A DNA stretch of 64,000 bases from Nymphaea colorata (lineage: Eukaryota), in assembly GCF_008831285.2 (NCBI RefSeq), contig NC_045138.2, positions 5,518,001 to 5,582,000 of the forward strand, read 5' to 3'. A program made the position numbers and the translations under genes. Under the pieces are notes generated by a model that was given only the letters and a program-made list of their open reading frames with translations, searched no databases and was not told where the DNA came from. Below are positions 14,751-30,018 of the stretch, in pieces; the stretch's first letter is position 1, and each line of letters opens with the position of its first letter.

Positions 14751-15595
14751 AACTTAGAGTTCTGTTAAAAATTGTTTTATATTACTACTACAAAACTACT
14801 TGTTCTCTGCTTGAGTTTTATATGTCAGCGCTCAAAATCTGGCCAACGTGTGCCAATTTTATTTGATGATTTCAAGTATGTTGCCTTGTTTTCCCTCAAA
14901 TTTTCTTATTGTATAGCTCAGCCAATCAAAAGCGGTGGAGATAATCTCACAAGGTTCCATCAAATATACCTCATTCGACCATATGTGCAACAAAAACCAT
15001 GACACACAGTACTTTTACGATGTGTTCTAGCTTGGATATGGCAGACAGAATGCTTATAATGTTTTTTTTTCCTCCAATGTATATTTTTCATAGGCCACCC
15101 CATCATAAGAAATTGATTCTTCAGAACTATGGATTAATTTGTGGCATCGCACCAATCCATGCATCACAAGCTGCTTCACCCCACCTCTGTCGCTATTTAT
15201 TCAGTTTGGGCGAGCAGGAGGGAACCCACCGCTGGGGTGAGAAGTTGAAATCCCTTCAAGTCAACCCAGATGCACTTATGGTTACTTCCCTCAACTCAGA
15301 GAGTAGTGTCCATGGTAGTTTCCTGACGAGAAAAGTAGCATCCACAAGAATTCAACCTGCAATTAACTAAGATTTTATTGATCCACTAATCCAACCAGCT
15401 ACACTATGTTCCTTAAAACTCATTACCTATTTAGACACCCCAACATGATCGATTAACAAGCAACATCTAGAATTTTCCTTTTGTCTAACATTCTAATTTC
15501 TTATCACCACATTATTCATTTTTAATTGCACTGAAAATTTGTTCAAAAAATGAAACCATAAGCCTGCCATATCATCAGTAATGTTATTGCATACA

Positions 15596-18404
15596 CTAAA
15601 AACAAGTAACTAATAGAGGTGGGGAGGGAGACGGGGCCTCAAAAGCACTAAGCGGAGTTGCTTTGGGCAGGGCTAGGCCATGTCCCTCGGTCATGTCAAC
15701 CGGCTCATTCATGGGTGTAGACCATTCAAAGCTCTGCAGCAAGCGCGCCACAGTTAGGTGAAGAACTTGCATGGCCATCTGCCAGCGGATGCAGATCCTC
15801 CTTCCCGATCCAAATGGCAAGAACGCAAAGTCCTGACCACCAAAGCTGGTCATCTCATTGCAGCTGCTCAAGAACCTCTCTGGCTTGAATTCTTCTGGGT
15901 CCATCCACAATGTCGGATCGTGATGAATCTTCCACACATTAACAAACAGAGTTGAGCCAACCGGCAACTCGAACCCACCAAGTTGAATGGATTCCATTGA
16001 CTCATGTGGGACCAAAAGCGGTCCCATTGGATATAGGCGCATTGACTCTTTGACTATGGCTTGCAAATAAGGCAAGTTGTTGACATCTGTTTCATCCACT
16101 TGTCGCTCTTTGCCGATGTGGCAGTCTAACTCATCATGGGCTTTCTTTAGGAGATGTGGGTTATTTAGCAAGAGAGAGAGAGCCCACTCAAGTGTGACTG
16201 CTGTGGTCTCGGTCCCGGCTACTACCAAAACCTGGAATAATTCAAGACAATGGAGATTGGTGGTAAATAGATCTATGCCCTTTACTGATACTAGAGAATT
16301 GAAAGTGTCACAAGCAAACATGAATAAAAAGTAGGTATGGGGCAATTTCTTTTATTTGTTATCAGAGGAATTATTTAAATATATATAGAGCAAAGAACAT
16401 TCACTGAAAAGCCATTTGAACCTTACGGAAACTACTAAATGTGAGGCTGGTAGCATGAGATCCCAGATCAAGGCTGATCTAATATCCCTTTTATGTAGAA
16501 CTACAACATAAACAAACACTAGATTTTGCCATTATGTGAAAAAGAAGAACTGAGATCCTTAGTTTATAGATAAAACCTTACAATTGGTGTCGGATCTGAC
16601 CTAAAGCATGTGGATTTGAGATTCTCAATGATCCCAAATTACCTTGATTTTCAAATCTGAGGCAATCAAACACCCCTCGAATATAAACTACAAGAACATG
16701 CCTGATTTAAGATTGTGGGGAGGGTCTCGTCTTAAATCTATGGCTCTCCAATCTTGAAGATTTAAAATCAGGGGCCATGATTTTATTGATCATGGGAAGT
16801 TCACAATTTGATTGAAATGTGGATTTTATCTATCATGGATTTATGATTCCTTGGATCTAAGATCCATGTGGAATCAAGCACAACCTAAAAACTCTTCTAG
16901 TATTAATATACTGCGTATATATGATACTCTCATTTCTCTTAGTTTTCTAGATTCCCATTATGCAAACAGAAATTAGGTGATGAGAAGGACCCAAAATCTT
17001 ATCAGTTTAAATAGGGTGCTAACACGTTCACTTAATCAGCTTAATTTGGCAAGAAATGCTTAAAGTTATAAAAAAAGATTTAAACTAAATCACCAAAAGA
17101 AACAAACATCAAAACCTGTTAGTAAGAAGAATCTGAAATATTTAGAAGAGAAAAAAGCACGGCGACCCATCTTTTTTGGTAATTAACCATTAGAAAATTA
17201 AACTTAAGGGGGAGTTTATTACTTCAGATCTGAAAATTCATAAATCTCACGTGAATCTGACGTGTTTTGCTTTTGTTGATATGACAAAAGAATCATGAGA
17301 CCTAGGATTCATACTTAACATTCTTATTTTACTTCTCTCTGTTGAAACACTAAAGGTTAGAATTAAGATTGAAAGGGAAAAGTCGGATCTAGAACCACGG
17401 TTTTCAAGTCCTATGAGTCTTAGATGCAATCTGTCAAACGCCCGGTAAGTATGTTATGCATATATTTTTTTTATTGTCAAAATCTCCCAAGTTTGACCTT
17501 TGGAACTTCTCTTCAATGGCGGTTCACAATAGCTTAGCGATTTTAGTGCTTTCTGTACTTAAAAAAAAAAAGAGGAAAAGAGAGAGAGGTGGTAACGTAC
17601 CGTAGCGGTGGCCTTAATTATGGCATCAGTTTGATGATTTTCGGACAAGTGGCCATCTTCTAATTCTTTAATGAGCACGTCAATCAAGTCTCTCTCCTCG
17701 CCGGCGCTACTGGACTCCTTCTGGCGGTGCCTCCCGGGGATTGCGTCAGAGACGGTGAACGTACCAACTAGATTGTTAAACTCAGCCAGAGCTTCTCTAA
17801 ACTCTTTTCCTTCACCGTCTAAATCAAAGTACTGTTTTCTGGCGACCATCCTGAGGACGATGTTCATGGCCAAGCAGCTCAAATGCTGGTTCATCTCAAC
17901 CGGATCATGGTTGCTGCAACTGCCATACAGACGCCGCACCAAGGAGCCTACTTCATCGACCCGGATGTGTTTGACCAGCTCGAGTTGCTGGCTTGACAGC
18001 AGGTCGGTGGCGACGATCTTGCGGAGTTCACGAAAGTGAGGTCCGTATGAGATGAATGCGAAAGTGGCATGATCATAGCCAAGGCATTTCCAACCTTCTA
18101 GCTGTGGCCGACCGGCGAAGGCTCGGTCATTGACAGTGAAGCACTCCTTGGCCAGGTCCGTGCTGCTCACCACAATGGCACGCCTTTGTCCCAGTTGGAG
18201 ACTGAAGAGAGGCCCGTGCTTCTCTGAAAGAGCAGCAAGAGTTCTATGGAGAGGTGTGCTTCTGGTCAGCAGACCGAGGTGTCCGACTATTGGCCAACAA
18301 CCGTCCGGTTCCGGTAGTCGGCCTCTTGCTTTTCTTTTCTTCTAGATGAAGAAAAGAGCGAGCAGAGCTGCTAAACCCTCTGTTACCAGCTTGATGGAAT
18401 CCAT
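15596..18404 (-). pseudogene. CYP82-like P450 copy B (exon 1 17601-18404, exon 2 15596-16231)
   Basis: AGTETT, ESMR, PERF and FGSGRRIC motifs; in-frame TAG at 18344-18342; deletion of ~28 codons after SDAIP; heme loop CxG changed to CIR; C-terminal frameshift. Confidence 0.9.
17208..17443. mobile_element. Possible Harbinger/Tourist-like MITE in the P450 intron; related pieces occur in the paralogous introns
   Basis: Ends resemble ggg.gttt ... caaacgccc; degenerate. Confidence 0.3.
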
Positions 18405-20135
18405 AGATGTAGTGATGGTATTTTCAGTCTTATGCTTGGTAGCTATGTTTGTATACATATATCACAAAACACTTAGGTAGAGAAAAAAAAAAACAAACAT
18501 TTTAATTTTTTGTTTAAAAAATTATTTTTAAACAAAATATAACCATTCTAATATATTTATAAAAAAATATTTTGATATAACACGTGCTTTGAATCAACTT
18601 GTTTTTACACAAAAAAATGTTGTTTTTTCTATTATCAAAATGTAGATGCTATGACAGCCATTCATTTATTTTCTTGTCATAAAAACACTATTAAATCCTA
18701 GAAATGGATCAACTGAATATATATTTCATATCAACCTATCCTTAATAACATATTCTACTGCTATACTTCCAAAAAAAAACACTTTAAATATCATATTTAA
18801 AGGGTTTTCGGTTTTGTCCCTGACCTATTTGTTTGGTTTATACCAATATTTTCGGTCAATACACAACCCCATATATTATAATGGGTATTATAATGGGTAT
18901 GTTTGATAATTGGGTTTGGAGATCTTGGCGACCCCACGAGAGATTACCATAGGACAATGATGGTGACCTCCTTCTTAGACTTTACTATCAATAGCATTCT
19001 TCCATCGTTTGCACTATGATATTTTGGAGACTGATTGAATTGTTAGAACCACGTAATCCATGGCAGCCGCATCATTCCTTTCGACCAGATAGAGACCATT
19101 TGATAATATGAGCAATGTGTCATGATCCCATGAATCTATGGAGTAGATTAATGGGACACTATGACAATATTAAATATGAATGTGCTTTAATTTATGTAGA
19201 CATTAAAAAATTTTGCACACATTAGAAAGCCAACCACAAAAGAACTAGGTGGATCCAGTTGTGAGCACCACCCTAGTGCATGCAATAAATGCACACCAAA
19301 AAAGGCATAGGGACATTTTTGCCGTTTTCAAAAAAGAAAACAAACATATTGAGGACTTTATATCTTCCACTTTCCATCTTTTACGCAAAAAAAAAAACAA
19401 CAAACTCTGTGGTGCAAGAAAAATCTATGAGGGATTATTTTGGGAGGTATATGTTCCGTCTTGCCAAGAGCTGCTTCTTGTTAGTCTTTTAAATCCCCAG
19501 TTTGGTATAAAAGTGTGAATTTGAATTTGGATTTGGGTTCGGATTTAAAAACAGTGGATATAAATCTGCAGTAATCAAAGGCAACCTAAATGGTTGGATA
19601 GATCTAGATGGTACTTCTTTTGTTCACTTTTAAGCTCCCTTTAGATCACTACTACTTTAGTGTTTTATCGTGAAAATGTTATCTTATTTTATTATCTAAA
19701 TGAATGCTTCTGTATGCATTGTAATTTGTTTCCAGAATAACATTACGTATATTGAAATGGAATGTCCATCCATGGAACTATGCATACAGAAATCACATAC
19801 CTGACGCTATTGATTACAGAATTATTATTGGTAGTAAAATTTTCTATAGATATTTTAAAAGTTTTTACTCATTTCTTAAAAATGGCAAAATAATTGAAGG
19901 AACTGGCCGCCTACAATCCGCTGCCCCGGCCGTTGCAGCAAACCCTTTGGAAATGAGACTTATTATCTATTCAAACACCCCAACTGATATCAATTAATTA
20001 CCATGCAACATCCACAATTTTCCTTTTATCTAACATTCTAATTTCTTATGACCTCATTCTTCGTTTCAAATTATGAATCTGCCATATCATTGGAAATATT
20101 ATAGCACACACTAGAAACAAGCACTATCATTAGTT

Positions 20136-22037
20136 TCACAACTGGAGGTGGGGAGGGAGATGAAGCCTCAAAAGGACTCTAAACAGAGTTGCTTTGGGCA
20201 GGACTAGGCCATGTCCCTCGGTCATGTCAACCGGCTCATCCTTGGGCGTAGACCATTCAAAGCCCTGCAGCAAGCGTGCCAAAGTTAAGTGAATAAATTG
20301 CATGGTCATCCGCCAGCCGACGCAGAACCTCCTTCCCGACCCAAATGGCAAGAACACAAAGTCCTGACCACCAAAGCTGGTCATCTCATTGCCGCTGCTC
20401 AAGAACCTCTCTGGCTTCAACTCTTCTGGGTCGGACAATGTGGGTTGTGATGAATCTTCCACGCGTTAACAAACAGGGTTCAATCAACCGACATGTCGAA
20501 CCCACCAAGTTGAATGGGTCCCAATGACTCGTGTGAGAGCAAAAGCGGTGTCGTCTGGGTATAAGTCTGCAAGTAAGGCAAGTTGTTGTTGTCTGGTTCG
20601 TCCACTTGTCAGTCTTTGCCCACATGGTAGTCCAACTCATCTTGGGCTTTCTTTAAGATATGTGGGTTGTTTAGCAAGAGAGAGAGAGCCCACTCAAGTG
20701 TGATTGCTGTGGCCTCCGTCCCGGCAACTACCAAAACCTGGAATAGTTCAGGACAATGGAGATTAGTGGTAACTAATACTAGAGAATTAAAGGAGTCACA
20801 AGCAAACAACAGTAAAGCTTTGGTAGAGGGCCATTTCTTTTATGCTATCAGAGGAATGATCTAAATATGTATAGAACAAAGTACATTCAGTGAAGCCATT
20901 TGAACAAAATGTGTGTTTGAGATCCCAGATCCTAGGCTGATCTAATGTCCCTTTTGTGTAAGAAAAACAAACACTAGATTTTTACCAGTATGTGAAAAAG
21001 AAGAATTTGAGATCCTTGGTTGATATCCAAACCATATTCGATGTCCCACGGGAGGGGGTGTGACGTAAAGTATGTGGATTTGAGATTCACAATGATCCCA
21101 AATCACCGCAAATTTCCGATCCAAGGCAATCAAACGCCTTTTAAATATAAAATTGGATGGAGGTCTGATATTAAACCTATAGGTCTCAAATCATGAGGAT
21201 CCATGGTTCTCAAATCTTGAGGATTTAAAATCAAAGAGAACCAAACGTCCTTATTAAAACCCATTAATTTAAGATCATATTTTTTTTCCCTGGGTGGTGG
21301 AGAGAGGGAGGAAAGGGTATCCGATCTTAAATTCATGGATTTGAGATCCTAGGGATATCAGATCAGAGTGGATCTCAAATCCACGGTGAAATAAACGCAA
21401 CCTGTATGTTTTCACTTTTTTTTATGGACTTATATATATATATATATATAAAATCAAAGGTTAATTGGATCGGTTCTGGTTTCAAAAGAAAAAATCAAAA
21501 TCCAAGTCTAATTCGGATCCATAAAGTTGAAATGGAGGATGCTTGGGTCCAACCCAAATTTGATCTGTCGATGAGGTTCAAAAAAGTTGGTTGGTTTGTA
21601 AACTCCTTACGTTATTCGCTTAAAAGAATGAATTACCATGGAGATGGAAGAAAGATGCGAAAAAATATCGCAAATTTTTAACAATATATTAAAAATTTGG
21701 CAATAATAGAAACTGCAGCTAACATGCACAAATCCACAAAATACACCAAAGTTTTTTTTTTTTTAATCGATATAATAGAAAAGGTGCAAAAGATTATCCA
21801 GTGCTTCTTAAATCTGTAAAAATTCAATCTGTTAACTCAATAAACTATATTTAGGCTTGAAGTAGGGACAAGTATAGCATCCTGAGGCCAAGAAACGACC
21901 TTGGACTTTGAAGGCAATGAGAAGAGGGAAAAGTGTCGGCTTTTCGTGCTAAATTGGCAAGTAAATTAATTGCATTTAGGCTTGATTTCCCTCAAAATCA
22001 TTATAACGTTAACAAAAAATCTCATAATTCTTTTAAG

Positions 22038-22095
<58 letters not shown>

Positions 22096-23440
22096 ATTCA
22101 GATATAACTAATCATGCATTAATGTTATTGAAGCAGTAAAAAAATTAATAAAAATGACAAATCAACTTACAAATTGTGGCCTTTTTGAAAAAAAAAATTA
22201 GTTTTTTATTGGTAGTGCAAAACCTAAAGGTCTTTTTAGCAATATGAAACTTAACGTTAGATGACCTTTTCTTTTAATTATTTTTAAGTATGTCTTAGAA
22301 AAATTTCTAACAAGAAGTTACAAAATAAAAATATCAAATTTAGTAAGGATCATGATAGCTCGATGGAAAGAAATATGGTTAAATAGTTGGCAAGGTGATG
22401 GCACAAGCTAAAATGACAAGAAAATGTTGAAAGTTATAGAAAAATAAACTTATATCACAAAAAGTTATAGAAAAATAAACACGGCTACCAAAACTTTTTG
22501 GTAGTTAACCATTAGAAAAACTTAAGAGGAGTTTGATTACTTCGGGTCTGAAATCCATAAATCTCATATGAACCTGAAGGTTTTAAAGTCCTAATAATTT
22601 AAAACCAAACTGTCAAACGTCCGACCAGTATTTTATGTATTTTTTTTTAACTGTCAAAATCTCTCAAGTGTGACGTTAGGAAATTCTCTACAAATGGCCG
22701 TTGACAATAGCTTTGTGATTTTAGTGCTTTAAGAACAAACAGGAGGGGAAGGTGGTAACGTACCATAGCGATGGCTTTAATTATGGCATCAGTTTGATTA
22801 TTTTCCGACAACTGGACGATTTTTAATTCTTTATGAGCACGTCAATCAAGTCCCTCTTCTGGCCGGGGCTATTGGATTCCGGCGATATTGGATTCCTTCT
22901 GGTGGTGCTCTGCAAGCTTCATCCAGCTTCATTTGAACCCTCTTCATGACCTACATGGCCTTGAGGTGACCACCCACATCTAGCCACCGCAGCAATGGGA
23001 TCGTGTCAGAGACGGTGAACGTACCAAGTACATTGACAAACTCATCCAGAGCTTCACTAAAGCAGCTTGAATGCTGCTTCATCTCGACCGGCTGCGGTAG
23101 AAGCGCCGGACAAAGGAGCCGGATGTGCTTGACCAGCTCGAGTTGCCTGACAGCAGCTCGATGGCGACGATCTTGCGGAGTTCACCAAAGTAAGGTCCAT
23201 ATGGGCTGAATGCGAACATGGCACGATTGTAGCAAGGCGTTTCTGCTCAAGAGACTGAAGAGAGGCCCGTGCTTTTCTAGAAGAGTACTGAGAGTTCCAT
23301 AGAGAGGTGTGGTTCCGGTCAGCTGGATGAAGTATCTTAATATTGTGTGTGAGCCCTCTGCTGCGAGCTGGATGAAGTATCTCTGTTCTTCTTTTTTCAA
23401 ATATTACATAAGCCCTCTGCTGCGAGCTTGATGGAATCAT
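20136..23440 (-). pseudogene. CYP82-like P450 copy C (exon 1 ~22764-23440, exon 2 20136-20737)
   Basis: AGTEAT, PERF and FGSGRRFCVG retained; K-helix ExxR region deleted; many frameshifts and internal deletions in exon 1. Confidence 0.9.
22038..22090. repeat. (TA)n microsatellite
   Basis: Direct reading. Confidence 0.9.
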
Positions 23441-25058
23441 AGATGTGGTGATGGTATTTGCAGTCTCGGTACTTGGTAGCTACTTTTGTGTGTATATAAC
23501 ATAAAACTCTTGTCTGCAATAAAAAGAAACAAACCTCTTAATTTTTTATTAAAAAGTTATTTTCAATAAAATATAACCATCCTCGTATATTTATAAAATA
23601 TATTTTCATATAACACATGCTAACATGTTATGAATCAACTTGTTTTTACACAAAAAATATTGATTTTTCTATTATCAAAATGCTGATGCTATGACAACCA
23701 TTCATTTTTTCTTGTCATAAAAACATTATTAAAACTTAGAAATGGATCAACTTAATATGTATTTCACATCAACATATCCTTAAGATCATATTGGCACGGT
23801 TCTAGTTCAACAAAATACTTTAAACATCATATTTAAAAGGTTTGGTTTTTGTCGGTGACCTATTTGTTTGGTTTATACCAATATTTTACCTAACCCAATA
23901 TATGATAATGTGTTTGTTTGATGATTGGCCTTGGAGATCTTGGCGACCCCACAAGAGATTACCATAGGACAATGATGGAGACCTCCTTCTTAGGCTTTAC
24001 CAATAGCATTCTTCCATCGTTTGCACTATGATATTTTGAAGGCCGGTTGAATTGTCATTATCCTATGAATCTGTCGAACAGTCAGACAATATTAAATGAA
24101 TGTGCTTTAATTTTTGCGCCATATTCATGAACCAATAACAAACTGGTACTATTACCAAATAGCCTTGTAGATAGTAAATATTTAGCAGACATAAAGCCAA
24201 CCACAAATGAACTAGATAGACCCGGTTGGGAGGACCACCCTAGTGCAAGTAATAAATATGCACCAAAGAAGAAATAGGAACATTTTAGCCATTTTCAAAA
24301 AAAGAAAACAAACTCATTGAGAACTTTTTATCTTCCACTTTCCATCTTTTATTTTTGTAGGATTGTTTCTTTTTATAGATAAGGATACTGTATTCATTTT
24401 TACACCTCACTACACAAAAAAAAAAAACATAAACTGTGTGGTGCATATAGTCGGCATTGCAAAAACACTTGGCAGCCCACCCGTAAAGGGAGAGAGCAAG
24501 AACCAAATTTGCATTAATCAAACACAAACTAAATGGTTGGATAGATTGGATGGTACTTCTTTTGTATGTGAATAGCATTGTTGGATGCTTACCGTGAAAA
24601 TCTTATCTTATTTTATTATCTAGATGAATATTTTGTAAGTGAATAGCATTGTAATTTGTTTTCAGAATAACATTACCTATATTGAAATGGAATGTCCATC
24701 CATGAGAACTATGCATACAGAAATCACATAGGGGACACTATTGATTACAGAATTATTATTGGTAGTAAAATTTTCTACAGATATTTTTATTGTTTTTACT
24801 CATTTCTTAAAAATGGTAAAATAATTGAGGGAACTGGCCTCCTACCAGCCCCTGCTCCTGCCGTTGCAGCAAACCGTTTGGAAATGAGAGTTATTACCTA
24901 TTTAAACAACCCAAAATGAATTAATTAACATGCAATATCCACAATTTTCTTTTTATCTAACTTTTTAATTTCTTATGACCTCATTCTTCGTTTCAAATTG
25001 CACTGGAAAAATCTGATCACAAAAATGAAATTATGAATCTGCCGTATCATCGAAAATA

Positions 25059-26209
25059 TTATAGCACACTAGAAACAAGTACTATCAATAGTTGCACAAC
25101 TAGAGGTGGGGAGGGAGACGGGGGCCTCAAAAGGACTCTAAGCAGAGTTGCTTTGGGTAAGGCTAAGTCATGTCCCTCGGTCATGTCAACCGGCTCATCC
25201 ATGGGCGTAGACCATTCAAAGCACCGTAGCAAGCGTGCCAAAGTTAAGTGAATAACTTGCATGGCCATCTGCCAGTCGATGTAGAACCTCTTTCCGGACC
25301 CAAATGGCAAGAACACAAAGTCCTGACCACTAAAGCTGGTCATCTCATTGCCGTTGCTCAAGAACCTCTCTGGCTTCAACTCTTTTGGGTCCATCCACAA
25401 TGTCGGGTTGTGATGAATCTTCCACGAGTTAACAAACAGGGTTGAGTCAACCGACATGTCGAACCCACCAAGTTGAATGGGTTCCATTGATTGTGTGGGA
25501 GCAAAAGCAGTGTCGTTAGGTATAGGCGCATTGACTCTTTGACTATGGCCTAGAAGTAAGGCAAGTTGTTGATGTCTTATTCGTCCACTTGTTGGTCTTT
25601 GCTCACATGGTAGTCCAATTCATCTTGGGCTTTCTTTAAGATATGTGGTGTTGTGAAGAGAGAGAGGGAGAGAGAGCCCACTCAAGTGTGATTGGTTATC
25701 AGAGGAAGTAAAGGGCCATCAGTAAAGTCCCTTTTGTGTAAGAAAAACAAACACTAGATTTTTACCAGTATGTGAAAAAGAAGAATTTGAGATCCTTGGT
25801 TAATATCCAAACCATATTTGATGTCCGACGGGAGGGGGTGTGACGTAAAGTATGTGGATTTGAGATTCACAATGATCCCAAATCACCGCAAATTTCCGAT
25901 CCAAGGCAATCAAACGCCTTTTAAATATAAAATTAGATGGGGGTCTGATATTAAACCTATAGGTCTCAAATCATGAGGATCCATGGTTCTCAAATCTTGA
26001 GGATTTAAAATCAAAGAGAACCAAACGTCCTTATTAAACCCATTAATTTAAGATCAGATTTTTTTTTTCGTGGGTGGTGGAGAGAGGGAGGAAGGGGTAT
26101 CCGATCTTAAATTCATGGATTTGAGATCCTAGGGATATCAGATCAGAGAGGATCTCAAATCCACGGTGCAATAAACGCAACCTGTATGTTTTTCACTTTT
26201 TTTTACGGA

Positions 26210-26247
<38 letters not shown>

Positions 26248-28040
26248 CAAAGGTTAATTGGATCGGTTCTGGTTTCAAAAGAAAAACTCAAAATCCAAGT
26301 CTAATTCGGATCCATAAATTTGAAATCTGGGATGCTTGGGTCCAACCCAAATTTGATCTGTCGATGAGGTTCAAAAAAGTTGGTTGGTTTGTAAAGTCCT
26401 TAAATTGTTAACTTAAAAGAATGAATTACCATGGAGATGGAAGAAAGATGCGAAAAAATATCGCAAATTTTTGAAAATATGTTAAAATTTTGATAATAAT
26501 AGAAACTGCAGCTAACCTGCTCATATCGACAAAATATACCAAAGTTTTTTTTTAATCGATATAATAGAAAAGGTGCAGAAGATTATCCAGTGCTTGTAAA
26601 ATCTATAAAAATTCAATCTGTTAAGTCAGTTAACAATATTTAGTGTTCAAGTAGAGTGTGTTGGTTGGACTGACAGATTGTTGATTGTCAGTTTGATTCG
26701 TGTAGGAGCATCTTAAGGACCAAAAACAACCTTAACCTTGAAGGCAATGGAAAGAGGGGAAAGTTTGGGCTTTTCTTGCTAAATTGACAAGTAAATTAAT
26801 TGTATTTAGGTTTAATTTCCTTCAAAATCATTATAACGCTAACAAAAAAAAAATTTAAATTGTTTTAAGTATATAGATAGAAAACAAAGTCATTTAGATA
26901 TAACTAATCATGCATTAGGGTTATCGAAGCAGTAAAAAAATAATACAAATTAACAAATCAACTTATAAAATGTGGCCTTTTTGAAAAAAAAAAGTTTTTT
27001 ATTAGTAGTGCAAAGCCTAAGGGTATTTTTAGCAATATGAAAGTTCAGGTTAAGTGTCTTTTTCTTTTAATTATTTTTAAGGATGTCTTAGAAAATTTTC
27101 TAAAAAAAAGTTACAAAATAAAAATATGAAATTTTGTAAGGATGATGAGAGCTAGATGGAAAAAAATCTGGTTAAATAGTTGGCAAGGTGATGGCACAAG
27201 CTAAAATGACAAGAAAATGGTGAAAGTTATAAAAAAATAACTTAAATCACAAAAAGAAGCAAACATCAAAGTCGGTTAGTAAGAAAAATCCAAAATATTA
27301 AATAGACATGGCGACCAAACTTTTTGATAATTAACAATTAGAAAAACTAAAGATGAGTCTGATTACTTCGGGTCTGAAATCCATAAATCTCATATAAACC
27401 TGACGTGGTATGTGACAAAAGAATCTGAAATCCAAACTGTCAAACGCACAATAAGAATGTTATGTATTTTTTTTTTTACTGCCAAAATCTCTCAAGTTTG
27501 ACGTTAGGAAATTCCTTGCAAATGGCGGTTGACAATAGCTTAGCGATTTTAGTGCTTTCTTTACTTCAGAACAAACAAGAGGAAAAGAGGGAGAGGTGGT
27601 AACGTACCATAGCGGTGGCCGTCTTCTAATTCTTTAATGAGCACGTCAATCAAGTATCTCTTCTCGCTGGCGCTATTGGATTTCTTCCGGCGGTGCTCTG
27701 CAAGCCAAGCCGAGGCAACTTCATCCATCTTAAGGTGAACCCTCTTCATGGCTTTGTGGAGAGACGGAGCAGCTCAGCCGGCTCACGGCTGCTGCAACTG
27801 CTGTACAGGCGCCGCACAAAGGAGCCCACCGCTCGACCCGGATGTGCTTGCTTGACAGCAGCTCTATAGAGAGGTGTGGTTCCGGTCAGCCGGCCAAGGC
27901 GTCCGACTATTGGACAAGAACGGTTGGGTTGCGGTAGTCGGCATCTTGCTTCTCTTTTCTTTTTTTTTCCAAATATTGCAGATCAAGAAAAGGGCAAGCA
28001 GGGCTGCTAAACCCTCTGCTACCAGCTTGATGGAATCCAT
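25059..28040 (-). pseudogene. CYP82-like P450 copy D (exon 1 ~27608-28040, exon 2 ~25059-25693)
   Basis: Heme Cys replaced (FGSGKRFYID); stops in exon 2; splice acceptor and I-helix deleted; exon 1 heavily deleted; intron and flanks closely match copy C. Confidence 0.9.
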
Positions 28041-29441
28041 AGATGTGATGATAGTATTTGCAGTCTTGGTGCTCGGTAGCTATGTTTGTATATATATATA
28101 TAAACACCAAACAGAGCAAAAAAGAAACAAACCTTTCAATTTTTTGGTTAAAACGTTGTTTTAAATAAAATATAACCATCCTAATATATTTATAAAAAAT
28201 ATTTTGGTATAACACATGCTTTGAACCAACTTGTTTTTATGGGAAAAATGTTGATTTTTTTATTATCAAAATGTAGATGCTATGACAGTCATTCATTTTT
28301 TTCTTGTCATAAAAACACTATTAAAACCTAAAAATGGATCAATCTAATATATATTTCTCTTCAACCTATCCTTAAAATCATATTGTTACTGTTTGTTTTT
28401 GTCCTTGACCTGTTTATACCAATATTTTACGTCAATACGCTCCCCCATTTATTAAAATGAGTTTCTTTGATAATTGGGCCTCAAGATCTTGGCGATCCCA
28501 CAAGAGATTACCATTGGACAATGATGGCAACCTTTGTACCATTTCGACCAACTCATGGGCTTGGGCCCTTTGGTTTGACGGATTCCAACCTACCCCTAGC
28601 TGTTTCGGCTTCAACCCTAAAAGGGCTAAGAACCAGAACAACTATTTAGTAATGAACCCATTTATAAACCCTTGAAGATCCCTTACAATTTTCAATACAA
28701 GACTAAATTTTTGTATACACATAGTTTGAGAAAATTGTACAATCGGTTTCCATTTTAAAGATTTTTATTTTTTTATTTTTTCCTTTTCTAGGTCAAATCT
28801 AATTATGGGGAAAATGTCAATAAAGCTTTTTTATATTTTTTTCTAGGTCAAACTCCTTCACATATTAAATTTCAGCTCAATTTCATGATATTTTGGACAA
28901 TAGGGAAAACAATCATGAGAAAGAAAATCAAGCCAATAAAGCTTTGGACAATAGAGAAAACAATAATGAGACAGAAAATCTAGACTGTAAAGTTCTGTGA
29001 GTGTTTAGAGTGGGGTAAGAGCTTAATTAATGAGCTCCTCTCCTGCATGACATGTGGACCGTGGCGGTGGCCAGTGGGGCCATCTCCGTGCCTCTAGTGG
29101 GCCGTGGGGCCACGTGTCTAATACTGATGAGGGGATACATCAAGTTCCCACAACGCACAAGCATTCAATATGTCTCGCCAAGTTGTACAATTTTCCAACA
29201 ATGTACAATTTTAATATGATTAATAAAAACTTTTGAATTCTACAACAATAGAAAATTCCTCGTTTAGCAACTCAAGAACTCCACCCAATAGTTTTAAGGG
29301 GCATAATATAGCTAGTCGGACGAGTAGATGCTTAGAAGACATGTCGTTCGGTTCCCATGAGTGGTACACTCTTGGGATGTAAAAGTTTGAATCGCAACCC
29401 TCAAATTGAAGGGTTTAGTGGACCCCACCTAGGTCCAACAT

Positions 29442-29865
29442 TAGGGATGTCAATATATCCGATTTGAATCGGATATCTGACCGATCCGATCCAAAAAATA
29501 GGATATAAAAAAAAAAATATCCGATTAAGAAATTGGATAGGATTCAGATTTGATAAAGGGCATCCGATCGGATTCAGATATACATAAATATCCAATCGGA
29601 TTCAGATACAGATTCAAATCAGATTCATTTTTAGACAAATATCTAATATCTAATGCTATTAAATTTTGAAAATTGGCAAAATCCTGTTCAAAATTTGGAT
29701 TCGGATTCAGATATAAATATAGTCCGAATTGTAAAATCGGATTTCAGATTCAGATTCGAATATCATTTTTCTTTATTCGAATTCAAATCCGAACATATGA
29801 ATGTCTGAAAAAACAGATATGATTAAGGATATATCCGATCCGAATCCGATCAGTTGACATCTCTA
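29442..29865. mobile_element. Non-autonomous hAT-like MITE
   Basis: TIRs tagggatgtcaa / ttgacatctcta; 8-bp flanks tccaacat / tccggcat; internal atccga/tcggat repeats. Confidence 0.8.
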
Positions 29866-30018
29866 TCCGGCATAACCTGTCAGGAGGAATACTTCTTCGG
29901 GTAGTGGTTGTTAATCTCCTACTTACCCAAAAAAAAAAACTGCACCAAATAGTTTAGCAACATTGAGATATTTTGATGGCAAACTGATCCAATTTTATGG
30001 CTGCTTTAAGGGTGCACC

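Larger units (their letters stand above)
4863..19138 (+). repeat. Segmental duplication, copy 1 (matches 42688-56840)
   Basis: Same sequence and ORFs recur at an offset of ~37.8 kb (e.g. 5225/43050, 10214/48067, 15596/53421, 17247/55060). Confidence 0.95.

Noticed and set aside
14772..15370. + strand ORFs downstream of the P450s (also 32434-32786, 52681-53153, 58452-58804)
   Set aside because: No recognisable domain and frames differ between paralogs; recurrence is explained by duplication.
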